From: Eledone cirrhosa
Taxonomy: Eukaryota
Reading direction: 5' to 3'
NCBI GenBank assembly: GCA_964016885.1
Contig: OZ024742.1
Location: forward strand, 144,832,001-144,896,000
Length of the DNA: 64,000 nucleotides
Shown here: positions 10,927-25,615 of the stretch, piece after piece
Layout of the letters: each line of letters opens with the position of its first letter
Position numbering within the stretch: position 1 is the stretch's first letter
Notes under the pieces: model-generated
Told to the model about the DNA's origin: nothing
Database searches by the model: none
Seen by the model: the letters and a program-made list of their open reading frames with translations, nothing else
Translations under genes and position numbers: made by a program

Positions 10927-13178
10927 GTTTCTTTATTAGCCACAGGGGCACAAAAGATGGGGACAAATACAAAGGGGGAAGTTTACATACAATAAAAACG
11001 TGTAAAATGTTATCACAAATGCAATTTAAAAAATTAGTCGATTTTCCCTAATAGGGGGAGACAGTTCATATGGGTAACACATACCCCCGAAAAAATGTGA
11101 AACCCTCATCTCCAGGAGTACGAAGAGTTTGTACTCCTTTCCTCTCCTCCTCCTTTTCCTCAACCTACAGGCTGATATAGAGAGAAGGCCCATTCACTCG
11201 GGCCATTCTCGCCACTTTCACCCACCTTTCATAAAACTTGCTGGGGTACAGCACCTCTCTCTCCATCCTGATTCTTCTTCCAAAGTGGTATTTGAAAAAA
11301 AGAATCAGTTGTTGGCCGGAGAGAAAGGTGTCGGACCTCAGCCCTTTCAACCTTATCCACCATACAACCTCTTTCGCCATAGCTATCACACAAAGGAAAA
11401 CTGCCTCTCCTTCGTTTTTGAAGGAGGGTGGCGGTTTGATCATGACAATGGACTCGGTGGTCAACCGGATTGGTCCCACCCGCGACAATAGTCGTTCTAC
11501 ATAGCCCCACAGGTCAGTGACGCCCGGGTAGTGTATCAATGCGTGCGCGACGGTTTCTTCGTCTCGCACACACCTCGGACAGATCTTTTTTTGCAGGGTC
11601 CCAGCCCGGGCGCCCATGTCTGTAGAGCTTGTCTCGAACTGGTAGAGCTCCTCGGTAGCACTGCCAGGCCAGGGACTTTTGGAAGTTGTCCATCGGTCCC
11701 GGGCGGAAGGTCCTACCGAACAGACTGGCCAGTTCATCTTTCTCTACGCCTAGAGTTTCACCGAGCGCGTCGTCGCACTTGCTGCGGATCAACCCTCTAT
11801 AGAATGACGAAGTGGTGTCTCCACTGATCGCCGAGTCCGCCTGCCAGAGGACTGTGAGCGCCTGAGCACATTCGATGTGCCAGCCGCCCATTTTCCTCGG
11901 TCTTTGCTTGACCCAGGACTGCAGCTCGGTCAGCGAGACGAGTCGTGGGAAGGCTCGCCTCACGAACGGGGCCCACACCGGTTGTCCGGTGAGGAATACG
12001 TAGAGATGCCGCAGCCTGAGCGCGTGTTTGCGCATCGTCAACCACGGCAACCCCAGCCCTCCGTTAGAAGGGTGTTGGCAGCAGATGGATCTTCTGACCA
12101 AAGGAGCCCGCCTCTTACAAAAGAATTGGAAGAGCGCGCGCTCCATTTTGGCGAGCGTTTTGGCTGGACAAGGCACGACGGTCAAGCGGTAGTAGATGGC
12201 GGACGCTATAAAAGTGTTCGCCACCTCCGCTCGACCTTTCAAGGATAGTTTGCACTCGGCCCACTTCTGGGTGAGTGCAAACATCTTGGCCGTCACTTCG
12301 TTCCAGTTCTTCTCCACCGGACCAAACCAGACCCCGAGCAGCTTTACCGGTCCTTCCGTCCAGCGTCCGACGACGCCATCGGATGGCATCGGCTTGCCTC
12401 TCCACGATCCGAGTTACAAACCGATGGACTTGTCCCGGTTCAGCTTCTGTAAACCTTTCGTATTCCTTCAGTAAGGTGCCGACTTCCTCGATTTGCGAGG
12501 TGCTCGACACCATTACTGTCACGTCGTCGGCGTAGGGGGACGCCGCTTTCCGCAGTCCCGGTTCCAGAGGGATGCCCTGCAATAGCTCCAACTTCCGCAG
12601 TAGTGGCTCGAGAGTCAGTACGTACAGAAGGGAGGAGAGAGGGCATCCCTATCGAATGATCGCGTGATATGGAACGGCTCCGAGAGGTAGCCGTTCACCT
12701 TGACCCTTGAGCAGATGTTGCTGCTGTGCATTGCAGCAATCCAGCCCCTGAACACGGGTCCGAAGCCTGCCGCCTCGAGCACCGTATCCAGGTAACGATG
12801 GTCAACCCCATCGAAAGCCTTAGACTGATCCAAGTTGATCAGGGCCCCACCGAAGCCAGGTTTACATCCAACCCTCTCTATGATGTATCGCATGCGGTGG
12901 AGGTTGTCGTGTATGGACCTGGTCGGGATTGCGCATGTCTGCGCTTCTCCCACCAGGTTTTCGATGACAAGCGCCAGCCTCTTTGCCAACACCTTGGCCA
13001 AAATCTGTAACTCTGTGTTTAACAGAGTTATGGGCCAGAAGTTGCCTATGTCATCCCCCTTATTCTCGTCCTTCCTGACTAGTGTCACTACGCCCCTGGT
13101 CACAGAACTGAGAATTCTCCCGTTCTGCTGCCAGTTGCAGTAGACCGCTTCCAGGAGACCGGAGAACAAGTCCAGCAT
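10927..13178 (-). mobile_element. Tx1/L1-group LINE, 5'-truncated, frameshifted ORF2 (RT + C-terminal Cys/His motif)
   Basis: PITLLNTELQILAKVLAKRL, NLDQSKAFD, PYADD, CPRCVRDEETVAH; homologous to the 47871..50990 ORF; ends ..GCCCCTGTGGCTAATAAAGAAAC. Confidence 0.9.
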
Positions 13179-13189
13179 TGCTATGTAAC

Positions 13190-13388
<199 letters not shown>

Positions 13389-13498
13389 CATGTGTGTATA
13401 GACTTGTGTGTATCAATTGTCTATCTTGGAGTTTTGTACAAAAAGTAATTTTTCTGAGCTTTAAACGCTCACATACACACATGCAAACACGTACGCAA

Positions 13499-13534
<36 letters not shown>

Positions 13535-14041
13535 CTCTCTCTCTCTCTCTCTGTATATATATATTTATATATATCAGTGTGTGGGTGTGTGTACACACAT
13601 ATATTCGTATATATATATATACAGTATATATATATATATACAGTATATATATATATAATTCCTTCTATTCCCTTGTCGTGAAGAAAATAAACACCTGCTG
13701 GTTGATGGGTCGATCATATAATTTGTGATCTTCATCTTATAAAACCGACCAACTATCTAGTCTTAATAAAATAAAGAAAGATATCTAGTCTTAATAAAAT
13801 AATACAATGTAGAAATAGTTTAAACGTTTTAAGTAAATTTCTCCACTATAGAAAAGAGAATTGCAGGAGATGGTGTGGATGGTGGGGATAGCGGTGATGG
13901 TGGAGATGGTAGATGTGGTGGTGATGGTGGAGAAGGTGGAGATGGTGGAGATGGTGGATATGGAGAGAATTGTTAGCTACAAACATATAAGAGAATCGAT
14001 GTAAGATAATAGATCCAGGAGATTAAGCTGGAGCAATGTTT

Positions 14042-14044
<3 letters not shown>

Positions 14045-14083
<39 letters not shown>

Positions 14084-14204
14084 GAATGCGTTAACATGCA
14101 AACAGATAGATACATACATACATACATACATACATACATACACACACACACATATCTATATGATACATATATATATACATATACATATTTATATATATAA
14201 TACA

Positions 14205-14272
<68 letters not shown>

Positions 14273-14293
14273 CATATATATATATACATATAC

Positions 14294-14342
<49 letters not shown>

Positions 14343-14409
14343 TATATACATATATATACATATATATACATATACATATACATATATATACATATATATA
14401 TACATATAC

Positions 14410-14460
<51 letters not shown>

Positions 14461-14464
14461 CATA

Positions 14465-14534
<70 letters not shown>

Positions 14535-14685
14535 CATATATATATACATATATATATACATATATATATAGAGAGAGATATATATATATACATATATATA
14601 CATATATATATACATATATATATACATATATATATGCATATATATATACATATATATATACATATATATATACATATATATATAC

Positions 14686-14716
<31 letters not shown>

Positions 14717-14919
14717 CATATATATATACATATACATATATATATATATACATATATATATACATATATATATACATATATATATACATATATATATACA
14801 TATATATATACATATATATATACATATATATATATACATATATATACATATATATATATACATATATATATATACATATATATATACATATATATATATA
14901 CACATATATATACATATAT

Positions 14920-14976
<57 letters not shown>

Positions 14977-15222
14977 TTTATATATATATATACATATACA
15001 TACATATATGCTTGCATATATATATATATATATACATACATACATATATATACATACATACATGCATGCATACATACATACATACATACATGCATACATA
15101 CATACATAGATACACACATACATACATACATACACACATACATACATACATACATACATACATACATACATACATACATACATACATACATACATACATA
15201 CATACATACATACATACACACA
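14045..15222. repeat. ~1.2 kb compound (TA)n/(TACA)n microsatellite
   Basis: Visible directly; source of spurious YI-repeat ORFs. Confidence 0.95.
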
Positions 15223-16787
15223 CGATATGAATGTTGGCAATAGAAATACGTTGGTTGTTCATATATAATGAATTACAGCGGGAGATAGTAAATGATTAGA
15301 TTATATAATTGAACCGGTTAGAATTCACCAGAGAAATACTATAGTTGTTTATCAGTAAATAACAATACTGGCATTTTCGCACCATCAATTAGGTATTATT
15401 GAAACTCATTACTTATAGGACCATTTAAAAATGGTTGCACGATAATCGTTGACAACTGAAAATAAGCAATACTGAAGTAAGCAATCCCTTTTCAATGATA
15501 TTCGCTGAGAGAATAAATCGATAAATGTTCTTGCGTCCCACTACTCAACACTATCGTATCTACAAGTCTATACGTTGCACACGACACTACTATAAGCCTT
15601 TTCCCTTCATCTAATATATCCTGATGTTATATGTACATAATTTATTATATATGTGTTGCTGTTAGCTGACTAGCTATAGTTGTTTAGAAAATGTTCAGGT
15701 TTTTAGTTACTGTATTCAATCAGCGAATCTATTTTTACAGTTCAAAAGGTTAAATGTTATGATATAGAGCAGGAAGAAATGCAATATAAGTTCCCTGTAC
15801 ATACACAGGACGATTTAACATTTTCTGTGCCGTCCGCTGATAACTGGCAATGTTGTGTTTATGACTTATCAGAACATTTTACATTATAGTGACAAAACAA
15901 AAACATTTCTCTCGTAAATAAAGCAATTTTTTCCTTCATGCTTTCAGATAATTTCTACATACAATGTTAACATCATGCTAGGAGTTGACAAGTTGATATG
16001 TAATCCCTTGAATCTCATTTATTACAAAGTAAAATCACCGATAAAAGCTATCTGTTTAATGTTCTTATATTTTATTATCGTATGACAAACAAATGAAAAA
16101 TAACATTAGAAGCAGACAATTATAAATAACGAAATCCTGATTGCTGACTGTTGGCCTAATGATTTAGAACCATCAGTGTTTATAAAAATCTTTATTTTCT
16201 AATCTAGTTTGCTGAAGATAACTACTGACATACATATAAACATATCAATTTGTTGATCGTATCCAGATTAAAATATTCCCTATAACTTTTAGACATCTCA
16301 ACCTTTTATATTATCTTCTATACTTTTTTAAAGATTTTTCTTTGAACTTGTGATTATAAATAATCTAACAATGTATTAAAAATCAATGCCGATCAATACC
16401 TTTATTTTTAAGTCTGCAATTTAATTACGGCGTATTTTGTCTTCTGAAATGATACACTACATACAGCACGAGAATTATTGGAAATTAGAATTCATGAAAT
16501 CATAAGTAGACACTTATTCAGTAGAATATTGCAGTTATCTTAGAAACAATATGCTAGTAATCTAAAAAAAGACATTATTCCAAGAGCTGATTTCACTTTT
16601 ATTTATTCAGTTAGTAAGCTATTGTCGCGGATATGTTATAGCTGAATTTTAGTTCAAACAGAATACATAGCTTGCTCAATTATCTGTATCAAAATTACAA
16701 ATGCTATTTTCTTTTCTTGAAAGTATCCTCTAAAAATATTTTTTGTTAAATTTCTCTGTAGCAATTTTATTAATTCATTTATTTCAT

Positions 16788-17142
16788 GGCGGTGGATTTG
16801 TAGGTTAGCTTTGCCTTTCATCCTGACGCGGTCGATAAAACGAAGTACCTGTAACGCACTGGGGTCGATTTATTCGACTTTCCCCTCCCCCTAAAATTGT
16901 TGACCTTGTGCCTAAATCAGAAATCATTATTTTATTTACGTAAGGGTGGTGGTTTGGTAGTATCGGCAGAGCGTCGAACAACATTCTTTGTTCCGAGTTC
17001 AAATCTCGCCGAGGTTAGTTTTGCCTTTCATTCTTACGGGGTCGATAAAATAAAGTACCGGCAACACACTGGGATCAACTTAATCAGCTTCCTCCTTCTC
17101 CAAAGATTGTTGGCCGTGTGCCTAAATCAGAAACCATTATTT
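16788..17142 (+). mobile_element. two tandem older SINE copies (first internally deleted)
   Basis: Core TTTGCCTTTCATCC..GGTCGATAAAA; tails GTGCCTAAATCAGAAA(T/C)CATTATT. Confidence 0.75.
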
Positions 17143-17473
17143 TATTTATTTATTTATTTCTACAACGCTATAATAACCAACAAATACCCATACAAGTAAA
17201 TTATAACTATCACTGAATTGTCAACGAACTGCAGCGCATGCACACATGAAATGTAGAGCCATTAACTTTCACATTAAATAGGAAAATCTAAGTAGTTGAG
17301 TTGTTCAGAGTGAGAAAACTACCTTTCTTTCGAGTTCAAAGAAAACACTTCAGCAAACTCTTTTTGCCACATGGTCAGTTAGTTATATTAGCGACATTGA
17401 ATCACAAATACTGTCGTCGTGCAATTTCTGCACCATTTCATTTATAAAGCTACATTAAATTCGAGTAGCCAAA

Positions 17474-17532
<59 letters not shown>

Positions 17533-18468
17533 TGTATTTTTACGATGGAACGGCTCTAAAACATGTTGGAAACCATCTTTTGCTTAGAATGGATTTTGAT
17601 GCTGTGTGAACATTTCACGTTCTTGCTTTCACATCTAATCCACAAACAGAAATACGTGTCTGATTGCAAAGATCTTTTTCTGAAACAGTTCTCTTCTTTC
17701 ATTCTTCATACCACCTTGTCTTATATTGACTTTCTATCACACAGCTTTAGATGAAGGGAACTTTTTAAAAGTAATTCTTTGTTGTTTATACGTATTAAAA
17801 AAGTATTTTGATCTTAGAAATACTCGTTATTGAAATAAGATTTAATGTTTTTCACACGAATTTATTACATATTGATTTCTTTTCATTTGGTACAAGAATA
17901 AATGTTATAGCAAATGGTGTATAATTCAGTGATTCTACCCTAATATATTTACTGGTATTTGTATTACCGACTCCAGAAGAATGAAAGATAAAATCGATTC
18001 CAGCAGAATTTATATTCGAAACAATAGTATACTAAAATAGTTAAGGTCAGCCATACAGTTTACAGCTCTACAGTGTTAGCCATCTCAACAAACTTAGGTA
18101 TATAACATAGTAATAGTATCAATAAGGAGGTAAATTAGCAGATTCGGAGTAGAATATCTTGCGATATCTCTTCTGGTCTTTTGCTATCTGAGTTCAAATT
18201 CATTTCAACTTTACATTTTATCTCTTCTTCTTCTTCTTCTTCTTCTTCTTCTTCTTTTGCTCGTATATATTTCAGTGAGTAAGAGTGATTGTCAATTTGT
18301 GGAAGGAATTAAACGTGAAATAATATTAAGTTTCGCTCTTCTACATCCTCGTTTCAAACCAACTGAGTTTCTTAGCTTTTCATACTGGTGTAGTCAATGA
18401 AATATATACCAGATATGCATTAACATTGATTGATTCAATCGACTATACTTTATTGATATTTTTTTTGT

Positions 18469-18595
18469 GGACGCAGGTATGTTTGCGTGATTAAGGAGTT
18501 TGTTCGATCCCAGTGCATCCTGGTTAAGCGTTGACTCAAGCCTTGTAAGTAAAATTGGGTAAACGGAAATGAAATTTTCTGGAAGCCTGTCAGAC
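18469..18595 (+). mobile_element. degenerate copy of a second SINE family (related copies 27731-27890 minus, 31912-32015 plus)
   Basis: GG(A)CGCAGG(T/C)ATG head and AAGCCTTGT..AATTGG..ACGGAAA..GAAGCC tail shared among the three loci. Confidence 0.45.
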
Positions 18596-19822
18596 GGATT
18601 TTGCTTGTAATTAAGATTCCAGCCTTAACACATATTGTACCACACTGATTCAGCTTGTGAATTACATTGTAGGTTTACATGTCAGTGAAATACTCAGTCG
18701 GACGTTCAGTTGCTCGAACAACTGAAAGCTCACCATTGAAACGGAGGGTGGATCTATCTTTCTGCTTATATACGAATATTAATTTAGCTAGTGAAGGCGA
18801 TGGATTGAGAACATTTCTTAGAGCTACGAACAAAATGCTTTGAAGTATTTACCTACATCCATTACGTTCAAAATTCAAATAATAAATGTTAAATATTTTT
18901 CTTCCGTTCAAGGCATTAAATTCTCATTTGGGTTTTTAAATAATTTAAATAGACTACAAATTCGTACTGATTCTCTTTGCTTTGAATTCAAATCTCACCG
19001 AGATCAATTTTGATTTTCGTCGGCAGATTGGTTAATTTGTTCTAGTTCTTTGCATTCTGAGTTTAAATTCTCACCTAGATATCGATGGTCAGGGCTAATC
19101 GCCCCGATCATAGAAGCACCCCGCCCAATGCGCAATGGTTCAGAATGGTCAGATAAACTTGCAATCAATATAGAGAGCCAGAAACATCATCTTGTTTTAA
19201 TCAAGGAATGGATCGACAGTGGTTAAATGGAAATGAAATATGATCGATAAATGTACCAGTAATGTATTGTTATCGATTTATTCGACAAACAATTCGGAGC
19301 AAATTTCCTAACCACACAGCTATGCTAATATTTATCACGTATATATTTAAAACTATTCACATTTGAATATATGGTGTGAACACAGAAACAAAATATCTGC
19401 TGCATTGCTTCAAATATAGAAAGATGCAATTTAGTCAGCCGATTGCTGTAAATATGGAAGACGCCGAAGGCTATCGTCTGACATATAGAGTAAGGAACAT
19501 GTTGATATGAAGATATGAAAACAAATAGTGAATATGGAGAGGTTAAGGTTTGAAAGAATACTGTTTCTGCTATGATGACATTTCTTCGATCATTCAGTTT
19601 TCTCCAATCTTTCGAATTCGGGGTTAATTAAATTTCACCTTTCACATCTGCTGGGAACACCATGGCAACAATTATCTTTACTTAATCAAGATTATAACTA
19701 ATGAGACTTTTTTCAGCAACAAAAAATTAAATGATTAATTTTAAAACAGCATTAATTCTTACGTAATTATGTTCTTGTTCTTGTGAGCATTACTTTTGTA
19801 ATCCTCATCCTCTACCTTCTTT

Positions 19823-19854
<32 letters not shown>

Positions 19855-20089
19855 CATCATCATTATTGCTCCTGCTTGTTTCACTTCGGCTGTTGTACAT
19901 TGTTTGTTTTTACTTATTTACGCGATATATATTATTAGAATTTTGTAAAATTTATGTAAATAATGCCCTCCCCCTTTTCATTGTGCAAAGGGGGGCCTCA
20001 ACATTCAGTCCTTTGCGACAAATCCTGTATTTTTAAATTCAAACACGCCTCTACTTTATAGCAAAAGCAATGGATATAAAAGATTATTC

Positions 20090-20641
20090 TCTACGGCATC
20101 CACAGGGCGGAACAGCCACACTTCTTTTCCAAGTGAAGAGAACAGTCAAATAGTATCGCTAACTGATAATTATAATTCTGAATACCCACCTCTATAAAAT
20201 GTAATAGGCAGCTGCAATAACACTCTACTTTCAACATATTAAACAGCCAGGAAAATACACCAATCATAAATATCCCTAAAACACTAACAACAACTGATTC
20301 CCGAATGAAGAGGCGGCCAGGAGACACTCCATTGTCTCTTTAAAAAGCGAGGAACTTACCTGAAGGTGAAGGATGGGACTGACACGAGAACCGAGCCCCT
20401 GAGTTAAATCGTTCAAGAGAGATTAGAAGGCATCCTCGATACCCTGCTGGGTGGAATCCAACTTTTCTTGACGATGTAGGGCCGATGGAGGAGAGATAAA
20501 CTGTTTCCATAAAAGAGAAATATAGCAAAAAGAAAAACAAAGCAAAATATGTAGGGAAATTAAAAACCACGAGGTAAATAACAACCCCACCACCACCATC
20601 AGGGCTACAACTCCTAAAATAGTACAAACAAGCTAAGCCAC

Positions 20642-20676
<35 letters not shown>

Positions 20677-21235
20677 TGATAAAAACAACAACAGCAGCAA
20701 TACCTAAAACACGACCACCAAGAGCAAACACAAGAAAAGATAAAACGTCACAAACTACATAGCTTTAAACACAAACAATAAAAATTAACGAACCACATAC
20801 ATCAACACAAACATTACACAAAATGACTTCATTAAATCAACAATCACAATACTTGCACACATCAAAATTATCCAAACAACACAATACACTTTCAGAAATG
20901 TAAAAAAACAAAACAATTCTCCGATGAAATCGTTAACCTCTGAGAAAGATCATATATATATATACTGACTTGCTCGTAGAAACAAACACAATTAGCGAAA
21001 CAGACGAATCAACCTTCCTTCTACAAGAATAATATAAGTAACCTTTCTCGCTTCCTTCTTCTTTCTCCAAAACGGCTTTACTCAGCATAGGTAGTGTAAA
21101 TGCTCATGCCATGAAGACACCAGGGAAGCGAGGTCACCTATAGAAACATCTCAAGTCACTCGACATAGATGTCGTGGTCATCTGCGAGACACGTATTTCC
21201 TTAGTACGAACCTTCGTACCTATATTCTGGGGATT
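20090..21235 (+). mobile_element. old Tx1-group remnant (ORF1 part plus start of the ORF2 endonuclease)
   Basis: LLSIGSVNAHAMKTPGKRGHL*KHLKSLDIDVVVICETR (~21078-21192) aligns with the ORF2 N-terminus LRIGSINARGL..GHLLNDLRSLNIDVVAISETR; upstream EEAARRHSIVSLKSEEL resembles ORF1. Confidence 0.7.
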
Positions 21236-21459
21236 GATTAGATAAAGGTCGATATACACGAATATTTCATCAAGTCTGGTATATATTTTATCGATTTATA
21301 TACTTGTCGAACCGCTATGACATAAATAAACGCATAGTCACAATCGTAAACGTAGACACACTTACATACACATACACATGAACATACACATACACCTACA
21401 TATATATATTCAAAATAGGGGGCACACAGGGCAATGACAATGGAAAATACAACGAATAA

Positions 21460-21493
<34 letters not shown>

Positions 21494-22169
21494 GTATCTT
21501 GATCGCTCATGAAATCCACCCAGCTTGTTTATTCCCATCTTTGCGTTGCTTTCATCCTTCTATGTTGTTTACTTGTCTCACTCGCTTTACGCCATTTACT
21601 TGTCCCAATAGCTTTTTTTAGTTATTGCTCGCACCAACCTGAGATATATGATTTTTAATGCGACGAAATATCAATGATGGTTGGCAAATCACTGACGAAG
21701 GACTAATTTTATCATATGTAACCCATGTGCAACCACGCAGTATTCTTCTTCTTCTTTCTTCTCATGTTTATATATATATATATATATAAATATATATATA
21801 TAAATATGTATGGGTATGACATTAAACTACATCCAGTGGCAAGGCTCCATTTCGGGAGTTCAGGATCTGTGGGAAATGTGGAGTTACCGCCCTTAGTTGT
21901 TATCACTCCCATGTCTGGTTTGGCCCGGAGTAGTAGTACCTTTTAGGGCCCCATTTATGGGTTAAACAAGTACATTATTCGAGTGGCGCCGGTAAGATAT
22001 TATCAGCCATTAAAAAGAACCATAGAGAGTGGATTTAACAGCACTAGGGTTAGAGCTCCTAACTACAATGTCAGGGAACAGTCTGGTCGTTATGACTCTG
22101 CTGGTTTAGGAGGGCCAGTGGATGATTGATCAGCTGTCTCTGAGACAACTAAAATCTCAGGAATTGTAC

Positions 22170-22267
<98 letters not shown>

Positions 22268-22359
22268 GTATATTTGGCAATATACCGTGTGTTTAATTAA
22301 AAACTTTTTGAAGACCTTACGCTATCATTTTTAAAGTAGTGACTATGTCACTTACTTCT

Positions 22360-22449
22360 TTTTTCGGCAAAAGAAGGGAGAGAAGCTGACATTCTGTTTC
22401 ACGCTGTTGGCGATCCTCAGAGGATCGTACTCCCCACTTTTGCCGAAAA
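22360..22449 (-). ncRNA. type I hammerhead ribozyme with extended stem I
   Basis: Minus: TTTTCGGCAAAAGTGGGGAG..CT-CTGAGGA-T-CGC-caaca-GCG-T-GAAAC-agaat-GTC-AG..CTCCCTTCTTTTGCCGAAAA; GUC cleavage triplet; lies within ~48-bp direct repeats (22270-22318, 22587-22634). Confidence 0.75.
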
Positions 22450-22802
22450 TTATAGAGGCTGGATTCTTATAGAATTCCAGTAATAATCAGGAGCTGATTA
22501 TACAGAGCGATTGCCGGTCCAGCAAAAATTAAAAATTAGGATTGGTGCTCTGAAATAGCGATGTATACATGAATGTATGTATAGTATATTTGGCAACATA
22601 CCGTATGTTTAATTAAAAACATTTTGAAGACCTTATATATATATATATATATATATCAGGGGTTTTCTGGGTGTCTTTTGTTGATGTCTTCTGTACACGT
22701 TGTATATGACAATATGGCAGTACGACTTTGTTTAAGTCCTTAAAGTACATATACACGTAAATATGATCTAAAATAACTATCTTTTGTTTAAAAAGAAAAA
22801 AA

Positions 22803-22859
<57 letters not shown>

Positions 22860-23378
22860 CATTCACACACGGTAGTGTGTGAATGATATTCTTAAGGTCA
22901 ACTTTTTCCCAACGACAGCCACTTCTAGGACTTATCACTAATTCAGTTCTCAACCAAATTTGATCATGTTTTTTGCATTTTTGCACTAGAATGGACTCAT
23001 CCCACGCTACATTTTGGTATAAGGAAATTGAAAATTAGGTCAGAAGAAAAAAAATTACGCTAAAATATGTGTGGTCAAGTAGTGGAGGATAAGGCTCCTC
23101 ATTGACTTTGACTCATCATAACCTTTTAAATTTCAAATATAATTTCATGCTACCGATCTCAGTAGATAGAACTCGATAAGCTGAATCGAAATTTGTCAAT
23201 ATTGAAAAGATTGGTGCCATAGAAATCGAGTTGTGTGACTTTAAGTGACCAAATCAGATGAGGAGTAACGCTAAGGGACATAACTCTAGTATAAATCCAT
23301 CGTAGCTGTACTAAGTAGTTTCCCTTAATTATAGTTATTCACAAAAGGCTTGATGAAATTTTTGGAGATCCCCAAAAA

Positions 23379-24340
23379 ATGGCATATCCTTTTGGAAAAA
23401 TGAATCTTCTTTTGTTTGGTGATTTGATGCAATTGCCACATGTAAATGAAAAACCAGTATTTTCTAGAATTTCATCATATGATGCCAAAAGAACAGAAAT
23501 TGGCATTAGTGGGATTTCATTGTGGAAATACTTTCAATATGATGAGCTAACCATTAATATGAGACAAAAAGAAGACAAAGACAACTATGTTGATATTTTG
23601 GGAAGAATTAGCATTGGTTCCCCATCAGACTCTGATATTAGCATTCTTAAAAAAAGATGCCTATTTCCTGATAGAAAAGCATCTGTTGAAGAAATTGCTA
23701 AAATATTGATTGAATTGTATTCTATTCCTGAATTAAAATTTGTATGCATTTTACCTTTGAATGAAGCTGTTGATGGGTTGAATAATGAAATGATTAAAAA
23801 ATGCAACATAAATGCTGTGAAACTTGCTGCAAAAGATTCTGGCATGAGACAAGTAAATGGAAGAAAAAAGAAAAATGTTGAAAAAGGCAAAAACAAGAAA
23901 ACTTCTGATACTGCTGGACTAGAAACTTTGCTAAATGTTGGAATTGGAGCAAGAGTGATGTTGAAACGAAACATTGATGTAGATCAAGGCTTATTAGAAC
24001 AGTTATTGAATTAATTGGGAATGGAAGCAATGTTGACAAAATTTTGGTGTCTTTCGATACCAAAAAGGACAAACCCATTTCCATTGGAAGAGTTCAAGCA
24101 GACTATGAAATTTCTCCTGGTGTTTTTGTCACCAGAACACAACTTCCATTGTCTCTTGCTTACTCTATAACAATTCACAAAGCACAAGAAATTTCTGTGG
24201 ATGGAATAATTGCTGATTTAGGAAATCAGATATTTTCTGATGGTCAAGAGCCAGAAAACTTTGCAATGTGTATCTCTGTGACTTTGATCCAAGATCATTG
24301 ATCATGATTGACAAATCTGCATGGGAAGAGTACAACAAAC
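23379..24340 (+). pseudogene. PIF1-family SF1 helicase, C-terminal part (Helitron RepHel), frameshifted
   Basis: PFGKMNLLLFGDLMQLP, LTINMRQ, GARVMLKRNIDV, RTQLPLSLAYSITIHKAQ. Confidence 0.85.
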
Positions 24341-24530
24341 TACGGGCTAGTACTGGAAGAGCAGATTTACCTCCATTGCCACCTTGCAGGAAAAAGTATC
24401 CTTGCATGGCAAATGCTTCTAGCATGCCCAAGAAAAGAACTAAAAGACTTAATTTGGAAGAAAATTCAAACCAACCTGCCAAAAAGAAAAAAGAAATGAA
24501 AACAGCCAAACTTTAATCCCTAAACATCAA

Positions 24531-25367
24531 TTGATCAACCAAAGAAATGCTTGTTTTGCAAATTCAGTTGTGCAATCACTGAATCAATTGCCTGAATTTG
24601 TAGAGTATTCGCATAATTTTAACATGAATGGAGTACATCAAGAATTAAGCAATATCATTTTTAATAATCATAATAATGTCTCTAACTTAAGAAGAAGAAT
24701 TGGAGGAAGATTTCATGATGGAAATCAGCAATATGCTCATGAATTTTGGAAAGAACTGTCTCTACATTGGACTTGGTATTTAGAGAAAAACTTCAATTTA
24801 TTCAAACTGATCATACTAGATGCATCCGATTGCATCAAACAAATTGCCAAGCTTTAAATAACAATGCTTGCAATTGTAATTCAAGACTTGGATGTGGTAT
24901 AGAATCTGAACTTCCATTTCAAATAAATTTGATATTAAATCCTATTAATGGCACACAACAATTTAAATCTCTACTTTCAACAACAAATACGTTGACTAAA
25001 TACTGTGATACTTGTTCTGAAAATACTGAGCATCAAATAACTTCAAGAATTGAATTTACTAACGATTTCAAATATTTTGTCATCTCAATTAGTAGATTTT
25101 TGATTAACAATGAAGGAGAACAAAGAATTAATTGTGATATTATGAACTTTAGCTAAAAAAAGCAGCAAATATATGGCACAAATTTCACATTAAAAGCTGC
25201 TATTCTTCATGAAGGAGTATCATCTACGGCAGGCAATTATACTTGTCTGGTAAAAAGTGGTGCTGAAAATTGGGATGAAATTAGTGACAACATTATCAAA
25301 AAAAGGCACAATAAATTTCCACCTAAGTTACCTAATGTGGTTGTATTGTTTATGGAAAAAATTTAGA
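24531..25367 (+). pseudogene. peptidase C19 (USP/UCH-type) cysteine protease remnant
   Basis: Cys box LINQRNACFANSVVQSL, QQYAHEF, His-box-like LKAAILHEG....GNYTC..W..ISD (GHY appears mutated to GNY); frameshifts and stops. Confidence 0.7.
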
Positions 25368-25377
25368 TTTTTGATTT

Positions 25378-25615
25378 GGGACTATTGATCGTGGCCTACC
25401 AAATTATAATTAGGACTACTGTTAATTCTGGACTACTTCATTTTGTTTTGGACTACTTGCTGATTATTTTGAACTAAATGCTGATTCTGGACTACTTAAT
25501 TTTATTTTTGACTACTTGCTGCTTATTTTGGACTAAATGCTGATTTTCGACTACATAATTTTATTTTGGACTAAATGCTAATTCTGGACTACTTAATTTT
25601 ATTTATTTTTGACTC
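25378..25615. repeat. degenerate tandem repeat of ~19/38-bp units (GGACTACTT../GGACTAAATGCTG..)
   Basis: Recurring GGACTA units. Confidence 0.75.

Noticed and set aside
13868-13965. GGTGGAGAT repeat as a Gly-rich exon
   Set aside because: Simple 9-bp repeat with no supporting ORF context.
14044-15262. Long ORFs of YI/HT/CV repeats (also at 3.3-4.8, 33-37, 41-46 kb)
   Set aside because: Translations of stop-free microsatellites.
25378-25615. Possible CRISPR-like array
   Set aside because: Degenerate tandem repeat with no unique spacers; eukaryotic context and no cas genes.
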